Under the pieces are notes generated by a model, which saw only the letters and a list, made by a program, of their open reading frames with translations, was not told the DNA's origin and did no database searches. A stretch of DNA of 64,000 bases from positions 30,876,001 to 30,940,000 of the forward strand of contig JBMRGM010000043.1 in the NCBI GenBank assembly GCA_052327205.1, written 5' to 3'. The translations under genes were made by a program, and so were the position numbers. Each line of letters opens with the position of its first letter. Within the stretch, counting starts at the first letter, position 1. This document shows, in pieces, positions 24,400 to 35,500 of this stretch. This stretch comes from Somniosus microcephalus (lineage: Eukaryota).

Positions 24400-25760
24400 A
24401 TAGGACAGTTTTAGTTCCAATGATAGATTTTATCAGTAGAATCGTACAGGTACCAACCATAGAACTCTTTCAGTCGGCAAGTATATGTAATCAACATAGG
24501 CCTGTACGAGTAGGAGTATAAAGTTTGAAAAATGTTCCTGTAACAAAAGGACAGTATACTCACTAATCAAAGATCTGCAGCACTAGGACAATATAAACAG
24601 TCATTAAAATATCTGAGCCAGTATGACAGTTAAGTTATTAATCAAAGGCCTGTACCAATAGGACAGTATAGATAATGATTAGAGACCTGCAGCAGTCGGA
24701 CATTATAGGCACTAGTCATAGACCTGTAGCAAAAGGACAGATATTGGCCCAGAAATTTGGGTCTCCATGGGTGAGTACGCACGGGGTACTCACCAGTAAG
24801 GCCGATGGAAGTGCCGGTTTCCTGCATGCACTGCGCATTCGCGGGAAACCGGCACTTCCTTTCCACTGAAAGCAGGGGTTCAGAGGTCACGTGCGCGGGG
24901 GAGGCTGCGTGTGCGCATCTAACTTACGTTTTTCTTACAGGTTTTTCCGTGAGGGTAAGTCTGCAGAATTTAGAAATACAAAAAGCAGGCGTAAGGTCTG
25001 CTTCTTACAAGGTAAATGGTGAATTAATTAAATTAAAACGTTTTTTTCCACAGGTTTATTATTTTTAAATACATTACAACTAGGTAAGTTGATTATTAGT
25101 CCCGTTAGAATAAAAAAATATTTTTTTCAAAAATTTCTATTATTGTTTAAAATAGTTATTTCTTGTAATTTATAGTTTGTTTAGTGCTATTTTGGGGCCG
25201 TAGCACTTCCTGTCAAGACTTATGAATGGAGCATTCCCTGCTCCGATTGGCTGCTCATGGCCCACGTAATCCCAGGGGACGCTTCAAACTAACTGTGCCC
25301 CTGGGATACGCAAGCACTGTGCGCCGGCAGTTTGACCAGGACCCGGATCGGAATCCCACGACTCAACCGCTGGCACGCTAGGTTAGTGCAGATCAGGGGC
25401 TTACACCCGCAGGAAGCAACCGACCTACAATTCTGGGCCAATGTAATGAGCAATGACCGGCACCTCTAGGGCTATATATGTGCTAATAACGAACGGCACG
25501 GTTAGTAAATTACAGGTTGCTTATCCAGTAGCTCTGTATCGGTCCCAGTCATAGACCAACACCAATGGAACTGTGCAGATTCTAATTAGAGTTTGCCACA
25601 ATATTATAGATTGGGTATTTATCGGAGATCTGTGCAAAGAGGACAGTATAGCTACTAATAGCTGGCCTGTACTAGAAGTCGTGTCTAAGTACTGATCATA
25701 TACATTCTGCAGTAGGACAGTCGAGGCAGCAATCATAGACCTGCACCAGTAGGTGATACC
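24400..25760. repeat. Decayed minisatellite, ~36-bp unit with core CCTGTACCAGTAGGACAGTATA (paralogue ~54240-54860)
   Basis: Variants of the core recur many times (e.g. 24501, 24649, 24685, 24723, 25740). Confidence 0.6.
24743..25442. mobile_element. MITE-like element with perfect 12-bp inverted termini ATTGGCCCAGAA/TTCTGGGCCAAT
   Basis: Inverted repeat seen directly; the element is absent at the paralogous site ~54540. Confidence 0.8.
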
Positions 25761-26039
25761 TACAGTGAGCCCGAGAGAGGAACAATATTGTGTGGCTCAA
25801 GGAGATGCCCCATTTAAGCCTCGTTTTGGGCTTCAGTTATTTGAGAGTCGAATCACCTATTTGCTAAACATTACTGACGGAATTAAGCTCTCGGGACTTA
25901 AATGGTTAATCATGCCAGGGTGTACCACCTCCCTTACCCCTCTACCATTGCACCAGGCCACATACACAGAGCGGGAGTTGACCACTTCCCTAAGCCCGTG
26001 AAAAAAACAAGCCTTCACCCTGGGGCCACAGACCAGGCC

Positions 26040-26349
26040 AGTCTCTCTGTTAACGTTATAAACTGCGGTTAGAATAAATCATATTTGAAACAGTTTGAAC
26101 AGATTACTACGGCCTGGATTCCAACTGTTCGCTTCTGATAAGAATTCAGTTTAAAACCGACAGGGCTCAGGTAACTTTTCAGCGTTAGGGTGGATTCGTC
26201 ATCGTGTCCGGTTTAATTTCCTCTTGGCTCCAATGTGGTCAGACGTCACAGTGATCACAGTGTGCAGTCGGCTGGTGCATGGGCAGCGAGCAATACAGCT
26301 GCAGACTGCTCTCGGGGAACTCGCTCCAGCCGCTGTCTCCTCATTCCCC
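26040..26349 (+). promoter_or_regulatory. Putative promoter and non-coding first exon of gene B
   Basis: CpG-richer island ending in donor C|GTAAGT (26350); RUNX-type TGCGGT 26064 and TGTGGT 26234, Ets/PU.1-type TTTCCTC 26217; block conserved at ~55180-55489. Confidence 0.5.
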
Positions 26350-26531
26350 GTAAGTACCGACTCGGGATCTGCGCGTGCGGGCATTTGGTAATGAAGAAGT
26401 CGAACAGTGTCAGCGGCTGAATGTGATTCTATGATATCAGTTTTCAGGTGAACAGAACTGAAAACAGCTGATCCGAAGCGCGGGTCTTCACAGAGGGAGG
26501 TGGACTGCTTCTCGGATCCCCCGCATTCGAA

Positions 26532-26562
26532 ATGATTCACATCTGTCGCCTTCTGACCTTGT
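26532..26562 (+). CDS. Gene B leader exon S1 (MIHICRLLTL)
   Basis: Exon 26448-26562 with ttttcAG acceptor, ATG in gaaATG context, T|GTAAGT phase-1 donor; duplicate at 55672. Confidence 0.7.
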
Positions 26563-29500
26563 GTAAGTAAATCTCAAATATTTCCAGTGCCTTTGAAAAT
26601 CAACGTCACTCACCCCTGACCGTTAACCAGATTAATAAGACTCATTCAGTGAGAGGGTGCTTCACAGTAAATTAATATTCAGACTTTATTAAGGTCAAAC
26701 ATTCAATTATACTGCATTGAAATGTCATTTCCATGCTTCAGTTTTAATCAGAATTTAGTGGAACAACAGAAATAAGTTTGATTAGTCAGGCAAACAGGAT
26801 CTTTCTGCTCATCTAAGGTTGCAGCCGACCTTAGTCACATCTAAACGGTCCAATATTTATTATTTCACCAATTATTTAGCCTCACCTGCAGAAACTGCTT
26901 GCACGTTTCTTATTGTTGTCGTTTTGTTTATTAGAAAAAAATAAAATTTTTATGCGCTTCATCTCAAGTATCAGCGTTGGCTCAGTTGACTCACTCTTAC
27001 AAATTGCTCTTAATACATGCGGTGAGATTTACAGTGCGTGGGTTCTGTGGCTAGATGTTAAACTTGGTCCATGTCATTGCTTGATGATTTCGTGTGCGGC
27101 AGGCACGCTTCTTGTTAACAACTGCCACAGTGCGAGAGAGAGAGAGAGGGAGAGAGAGAGGCGGAGTGGGAGAGGGAGTCAGTGCGAAAGACAATCAGAT
27201 AGGGACAGAGAGAGACAGATAGACAGAGATTGTAAGAAAGTAACAATTAAGCTGTCCACGAAGGAGAGTGACAGAGAGAGAGAGAGAGAGAGAGGGCAGG
27301 AGTTTTTTTTTCAACTCAGTTTTGCAGATTCACGATGAAGGGCTTCTTTTATTTTCTGTTGTGAGGGAGAAAGTAGACATTAACGGGACGACAACACTTG
27401 AGTTAACAAAGCTGAGGAGAACATATTTACTATGATTATACTTGACCTAAACTGACGGCTTAAGGGTGTTTGGCAAGGAAATTTAAAATGCTGCATCTTT
27501 AAAATTAATTTCTGATGCTGTTTATTGGAATTTAGACAGAAATGACTCTTTATGGCCACAGGACATTGAGGCTGCCTTCCTGTGAGATGCTGACGTCAGC
27601 GCTCTATTGGCTTGTTAACCACTGGATCACAAGCCCAGCAAACAGGAACAAACAACAGGGTTTGCATCTTTAATGTACCACCGACTCTTTCACCAGAATC
27701 TCATCTATTTTAGTAACTTGACATTAGTTGTGGGACCATGTTGGTCACAGCTACTTCCACAGATTAATGAGGTAGAGCTTAAAATATGTGAAGTTAACCT
27801 CAAGTTGTTCATTCTTGAGCATATAATAGGCCCCATGATTTATTTGTTGCACAGCACATGAAACCCACTTTTTGGAAATATTGGCCTAACTGAATGCTTG
27901 AAACATTCACCCTATTGAATCCTAGCTGGACAAAAGTCCCAGGTTCTACATGTTGAACAATGAAATACAGACACATCTGCATTGACCATTGACCCTTTTG
28001 CAATTATATTTGCAAGGTTTGCAGCAGCAGGCATTGCCTTAGTAGTTTGATTCCTGTGGCCTGAGGCGCGACAAAAGCTTCCTGCTGCTTTCTGCTGCTA
28101 GCGGCTGGGTCATGTATTGTCTTCACGAGTATCAGTTGCAACCCAGGTAATACTTGTGATTCTGAATCGATTAAAGATGAGTTAACTGATGATAGGAACA
28201 TACCAACAGGAGTAGGCCATTCAGCCCTTCGACGCTGCTCTGTCATTCAATTATATGATGGTTAATCTGTACCTCCACTCCAATTACCCCACTTTGCTCA
28301 ACATCCATTGTTACGCTTACTCAACTAGTGTCAGCCGTGGCTCAGTGTATAGCATTCTCGCCTCTGAGTCAGAAGGTTCGTGTGATTCCGGTCCCACTAC
28401 AGGGACTTGAGCACAATCAACTAAGCTGATACTCCAGTGCAGTGCTGAGGGAGTGCCGCACTGTCGGATTGGCCGTTTTTTATAATAGACGTTAAAGTGA
28501 GGCCCCTTCCAGGGTGTTTATCCCTGGTGCCCTGGGCAATATTTGTCCCTCAATCAACATGACAAAAACAGATAATCTGGTCATTATCAACATCATTGTG
28601 TGAACATTGGCTGCCACATTTCCTACACTGACTAAACTTTAAAAGTCCTTCATTGGTTTTAAAACGCTTTGGGAAGTTCGGAGGTCTTGAAAGGCGCTAT
28701 AGGAATGCAACTATTTCTTTCATTTTTTAACGAAGATCTATCGATCTCCGTCTTGGAAGTACCAATTTACCCGCAAAATCCACAGCGGTTTTTGTAAAGA
28801 GCGTTGAAATTTCTCACTACACATTGTGTGAAAAAGTGCTTCCTGATTTCCATCCTAAATGGCCTATAAACAATTTTAATGAAATATTCCCTTCTCCTTG
28901 ACAGAACAATCACACTCATTGGCTCTCAGAACAATGATACATTTCAATATTTGTCAGTTTCCTTTCATCCGGCAGCAACTTTTCCATATAGTCCTCAGAC
29001 CATGGGGAACTTCCACAAAATAACAATTTATCTTTGTCCGTGAGAGGGACAATTGGCATCATTCGATATATTAATATTTTACATTTACTTCAACTGAACT
29101 GAATACCTCGTGGCATGTATGGACTGGCAGCAAATGTGTTTCCGCCTGTTTTGTGTCCCTGCCGAAGTCAAATTTCAACCCCTGGGTGTTTCCTCTATTC
29201 AGCTGCCTTACAGCTGAGCAGCTGAGGTCAAACTTGAAGATGGTCTCAGATAATGAAACATATTTTACATTGTCTTCTCTCTTGCAGTGCAAATTACTCA
29301 TCAGGCGACCACACAAGGTATGATGACAATAATGTCCTTTATTGATAATAATCCAGTTGTGGAATGAACGCTTCCAATTTATATCTATAGGACAACAACA
29401 ATCCAGCAATGGAGTAATTATCAGCTGTTCGCCCGTGCGTAAAACTGTGGTTCTGGACTCGCCACCTATGAGAAACTTTCGGTCATCATTTTCATTGATT

Positions 29501-32500
29501 CGGTGGGAATGTAAAGTGGGCGGTTTCTCTCACGGTCGGCCAATCAGAACCCCAGTTTTAAGCCTCGGCGCCAAGTTTAATGTCTACCACAATATATTAA
29601 AGAAAAAGCGACCTAGAAATTTGTCTGTGTAACTGCTAGATCATTTAACTGTGGGTTGGCAGCGAGTAATCATAACTGAGTAAATAAATGGATGGATAGA
29701 TAGACAGTTCTTTGTTGAAGTAACAGGGAATGCTAATCAAATTAGTGCAGTTCACTGTCGTGTATATAGACTTTCAAAAAATGCCTAATGAAGTACCACA
29801 CAACTGATTTGTTCGCAAAAATCGTATTGTTATCATTGCGATTAAGGGGTACGGACAGCGTGGATAAGAAATTGTCTGAGACAAGGAAGCAGAGAATAGT
29901 TTTCAATTTTCGTTTTCTGTGATTGGAAGGGAATATTCAGTGTTATTCATAGTCATAGAGTTATACAGCACAGAAAGAGGCCCTTCGGCCCATCGTGTAC
30001 ACGCCAGCCATCAAGCCCTATCTATTCTAATCCCATTTTCGAGCTCTTGGTCCGTAGCCTTGTATGCTGTTGCGTTTCAAGTGCTCATCTGAATGCTTCT
30101 TGAATGTTGTGAGGGTTCCTGCATCTACCATTTCATGATGATATGGAAATATATGGAAAGCGTACTTATTCTGTGTCGCTTTTATGCTTTCGCTAGTAAA
30201 TCTGATGGGAGAGTGCATGGAGCACACTCCGACCATTCTGTTCTGCAATGACATACGGGGTGGGAGGCGGTGACTAGTGGTGTTTTGCAAGGATCAGTGC
30301 TTGGGCACCAGCTATTCACAATAAATATCAATGATTTGGATGAGGGAACCAAATATAATATTTCCAAGTTTGCTGATGAAATGACACGAGGTGGGATCGT
30401 GAGTTGTTATTAGGAGGCAAAGTGTCTTCAAGGAGATTTAGACAAGTTGAGTGAGTGGGCAAAACCATTGCAGATGCAGCATAACGTGGATAAATGTGAA
30501 GTTATCCACTTCGGTTGGAAAAACAGAAAGGCAGAGTACTAAATAAATGGTGATAGATTGGGAAATGTTCATGTATAAAGGGACCTGTGTGTCCTTGTAC
30601 CCCAAACACTGAAAGCAAATATGCAGGTACAGCAAGCAGTTAGGAAGGCAAGTGGTATGTTGATATTCATTGCAAGAGGATTTGAGTACAGGAGCAAGGA
30701 TGTCTTTCTACAGTTATAGAGGGCCTTGGTGAGACAACACCTGGAGTACTGTGTGCAGTTTTGGTCTCCTTACCTAAGAAAGGATGTACTTGACATAGAG
30801 GGAGTGCAGCGAAGGTTCACCAGACTGGTTGCCGGGATGGCAGGACTGTCGTATGAGGACAGACTGGGTCGACTAGGCCTGTGTTCACTACAGTTTAGAA
30901 GAATGTGTGGATCTCATTGAAACGGTTAAAATTCTGGCAGGGCTACGCAGACTGGATGCAGGGAGGATGTTTCCCCTGGCTGGCGTGTCTAGAACGAGGG
31001 GTCACAGTCTCAGGATACGGGGTAGGAAGTTTAGGACTGAGACGAGGAGAAACGTCTTCACTCATAGGGTGGTGAACCTGTGGAATTCTCTACCACAGAA
31101 GGCTGTGGAGGGCGAGTCACTGAATATATTTAAGAAGGGGATAGATAGATTTCTAGACACAAAAGGCATCAAGGGGCATGGGGAGAGAGCTGGAATATGT
31201 TTGTGAGACGTAGGATCTGCCATGATCATATTGAATGGCAGAGCATGCTCGAAGGGCTGAATGGCCTACTCCTTCTCCTATTTTTCCATGTTTCTGTGTT
31301 TCTAAGCTGGGTCCGGTGTAAATCACAAAATCCTGATTTGCATGGTGACAGAGGAGTACCGCCAGGAAAAGGCAGGTGCTTCTGCCGCCCAAAGGTCGGC
31401 CATTCTAAAAGTTTAAGCAGCCAGGGAGTTTCCGTTTACAACGTGCTGAGGTCGATATCAACGATGTAAAGTCATCACCAACTCAAAAGATCGATCCATG
31501 GGCACCCGATAGGTAGCGCCCATTTTGGACAGCGACTAGAAATTCTCTGTAGTGGATATTGCACAGATTAGTTTCAACAATTCTAATCAGAACATTATTT
31601 TAATTTCATTCTACAGCCCATGTCCCAGAAGTAGTCCTTAGCAATCCGAGCGATGGAATCGTGAAAGAAGGGGAGACATTTTACCTGCAGTGTCGATACA
31701 GAGGCATGAAAACATTGGCTCATTGGTATAAAGATGAGACTTATATTCATTTTAAATATATGTTCTTTGAAAGATATGCAGATAGTCGCATTGGAGCGTC
31801 TTACCAGTGTTCAGTGCCGCTGCCTTGGTCCTCCTCTGAGAAGAGTAAACCTCTGGATTTAGTCACCATTGGTAGGTAAACTTCGACACCAATGATCATA
31901 GCTCAGTTTTAGTCGAGAAATGTGTCGCTTATAAAGGGGCCTCACAGTCAAATATAGTACAGGATATCAAGCACATGCAATACTGGGATAAAATTGGACC
32001 ACTGGGCAGAAGTGTATCTTCATCCCTCCTCCTAACAGGGGGACCTCTCGGTTTCCCCAGAGTTGAAATATATGCCGCTATTTTGTGCGGTAGTATCAGC
32101 CAGTTTCACCTCCCATTTATATCACATTAACTTCAATTGAAATATCGCACAGAGTCTAAATCTACCCAAATTCTTACATGTTGTTAGGTCAATCAAATGT
32201 TATTTATTTCAAGAGAGACCTTAAACCGCTAATTGTGCATGGAACAGCGGCTCTCTAAAACAGCAGATACGAGAAAGCCACCGTTAATATCTCCTAGAGT
32301 AATTTTAAGACTGTGTTGAAAGCTTAAATTCTATTTCCAAAGTTCAAACTACAAAATCTGTGATCTGCAAACTAGTTTATATTAATAATAATGACATCTG
32401 AGAATTGCTGTGTCGCCTTCTGGCTGCGTTGTGTCGCTGGTCTGATATGCAATGACTTCTCCATTTAAACATTACTTCATCCTCTGCGAAGTAGGTTGTA

Positions 32501-35500
32501 GGGTGACCCATCACAGGTTTAAAATCCAACTTTGGTGGAAGCACGTAATGGGCTCTACTCTCTCCAACCCTGTTACAAATCAAATGTAAAAGTCATAAAA
32601 CCGACTGCTGTTTCGTATTCGCTCATTTGCCGCCAATGTGTATTGCAAATTTATACCGGAGTGGGAATAACTTTACCTTTCATCGCAGGGTGAAATAAAC
32701 AGGCGAGGTCCAATCAATCGCCATGTTTTAGATTCAGGTGGAGTCGCATTTCTATTTACTTCAGTGTTAAATAAATCGAGAGTGGTTTGAAACTTATGGC
32801 TGCTCCATTACTGCCCTTTGGCCTCTTGGCGGTAAAAGTGAAAAGTAGCTCAAGTGTATCCTCCCGGCGCTCCCCTGGGATCAGGATTGGTTGGAAGTGC
32901 ATCTGCAGACCCGAGGCATGGTGAGAAGTGGAGTGTACATTTATCTTGTGTCTCTCAGAAAACAAATTATTATGAGGTGCAACGAATGCTTTTATCTAGG
33001 TAATAAGCAATGCTAGAATAATTGTTGATAGGTGACTAACTAGGGGCGCTCCTTGAGCACTGCCACAAGTTTATTGTATGTGCAGTGCAAAAACCCTTTA
33101 CATACATAAATGGGGTTCCCTTCCGCACACCTGGCGAAGTTACAGTGGAGGAGCGAAGGCAGGAAATTGCCCTGTGTTTCCACAAAAGGTAATGGGACAA
33201 TGAGCAGCTAATTTGTTTGGTCTTGCTGGACGAACGAGCAATACCCCAGGACACTGGAACGACTTCTTCGTCTTGGCGTCGTTCAATGGGATTTTTAACT
33301 GATATCAGAAGCACCTGAACAGGTGAAAGCGGCCACGGTTTTAATATCTTGATTCCACAACATTTACAAATACCAGACGTTTATTTAGAGAGGGCTGGGC
33401 ATCTGCCTGGCTGTTGAATCGATCCTCGCCATTGAACTTCGTTGATGAAACCTTGAAGGGCAATATGAGCAGTGATAGCTCAGCATTAGAAAGGGAACGG
33501 TCACTCTCTGAACCAATAAACATTAGTTTGGCTTTTCAGGTCTTAAAATTACTTTTAGTTACTGAGGTGATACCGATTGCTCTGGATATTGAGCTGCACT
33601 TTCAAGCCAATGTTTTTTAACATTGAAGAATGGTGCTTTAACATATTTTAATTTGTATTTCGTTCATATGTTTCACTTTTTTTGCAGCTTCTGATATGAA
33701 TTTAACTCTGGAAGTGAATCCAACATCCGCACTGTCAGGTGACAGTATTATCCTGAAATGTTTGATGCCTTCCTGGAAATGGAGAGAAGGTTTTCCCTTC
33801 CTGTGGTATCGAGATAAACAGTTAATAGCAGAAACTGACGAATCTCAGTACACCATAGAAAACGCAAAAGAGTCAGATACGGCACCATATCGGTGTGAAC
33901 TCAAAATACGTTACAGGAAGTGGATCTCCCCGAATGTAACCATCACCATAAAAAGTTGGTCACTGCTTTTCTTTTTCATTTTCTTTATTTGATCTGGTAA
34001 TGAGCTGTTGAAGGATGTGAAGTATTCTAAGAATCCTTGGCCTATATATGACTGCACAACCACAGAAATGTGGTTGACTCTTAATCCCCTCTGAAATGGC
34101 TTGGCAAGCTACTAAGTTTTATCAAAGCACTAGAAAAAACTGTAAGATTAAAACTTGGAGGAACACCTGGCATTGAACTAGGCATCATATTCGGACACAG
34201 ATAAGACACACAGTCAACCCTGCAAAGCCCTCCTCCCTAACATCTGGGGACTTCTGCAAAAATTGGGACAGCTGTCCCACAGACCAGTCAAGCAATAGCC
34301 TGTCATAGTGATGATCACAGAATCATACCTTCCAACCAATGTGGTGGCTGGGTGGTGACAGAGTGATGTAACTGTGAATATTTGCAGAATTCACAGTGAT
34401 CATAGTAGATGTTGAGACACAGCAGGGAATAGCGAAAAGAGCAAAGTTCTATTGAAGGATTCATACTTGAATAAGTCTTGCACAGCGTGGAGTTCCTGTA
34501 TCAGCAGAATATATTAAGCAGATTAAGTTCTCCGCAAACAAAGCAGCGAGTGGAAATCCATAACAATATAGTAATGCTGCCTACTGGAGTGTTCCACAAT
34601 ACAGCTGCTGGTTACCATTTAGTACAGTCGCACCTCGTGGTGGTTCTTGGTATATCCTTGCTCTTGTTATCAATAATCTCTGCTATTTGTTTAACTATAT
34701 GAGATGAATTCTTACCTCCCAATCCATATTCTGTTTTCACCGAACTCTTCTCCAAACCTAAACTGAGGACTGAGCCTGCAGTTAAAATATTTGAGGTAGA
34801 CCAGTTAAAATTCATTTTTTTATTGAAACAATGCTGTTCAATATTAGGCTTCAATACACATTTCACAAAAATGGCAAAGCTCTGCAGTTGAATTCATACA
34901 TCAACTCTAAGCACATGGGGGCAGCTTCTTTGAAGGGCTCGGTGACTTAGCCTTGTTGAGCAAATGCTTTCTACCACCGTGATAACAACAGAGTGATGAG
35001 GTTTCCATTACGGTAGAAGGTAAATAGAACCAGCTGTAATTACTGTTCATCTTTCATTTAAAGAATTCTTCAGGGGATTATAGATAAATAAATATACGGG
35101 AGGGATCCAATGTGGAAAAAGATTTACTCCCAGCTTTATCACATAATAAATCAATTTTGGATGTGATCTGTTTAAATCAAAGCGCCACCTGGTTCTATAA
35201 AAAATCCATACATTTACTGAAACCCACACTTGTAATAGCTGCAACGTTTGAAGACCAGTGTCCACTCCCAGTGGCTAATATTAGCTTCCTGCAATAGTGT
35301 CGAATGGGCGATACTGAATTTGCCTCCCATTATATGTCCCTCCCGTGTTTGCGTCGCATCATTATCATTGGACAGGAACATCGTGCGTGGTGTACAATTG
35401 GTGCAAGATTCGATACCACGCGTTTTACACCATGGATCCAAGGTCAAGTTACCTCCTCTGTTTCTGTCTGACTGAATCAGCAACGAGCAGAACCTGGTCA

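Larger units (their letters stand above)
4858..28770 (+). repeat. Segmental duplication copy 1 (aligns with ~34343-57897)
   Basis: Colinear exons, introns and TE fragments at a 28-30 kb offset (6376/34743, 10953/40584, 21459/51586, 28102/57233). Confidence 0.9.

Noticed and set aside
24941-24954. Strong-looking micro-exon (tttcttacAG GTTTTTCCGTGAGG GTAAGT)
   Set aside because: It lies inside a MITE in the intergenic region, is absent from the paralogue and does not fit either gene model
24400-25760. Periodic ~36-bp repeats as a CRISPR-like array
   Set aside because: The units are highly degenerate with no constant repeat/unique spacer structure, there are no cas genes, and the context is vertebrate
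26199-26540. Minus-strand ORF conserved at 55396-55680 as an antisense gene
   Set aside because: Similarity is explained by the recent duplication, a frameshift separates the two copies, and the splice signals are on the + strand
26913-27338. 141-aa ORF with ER repeats
   Set aside because: It is an artefact of the (GA)n microsatellite and is not open in the paralogue
28330-28410. tRNA gene
   Set aside because: The tRNA-like head continues into a SINE core and LINE-derived tail, and there is no complete cloverleaf
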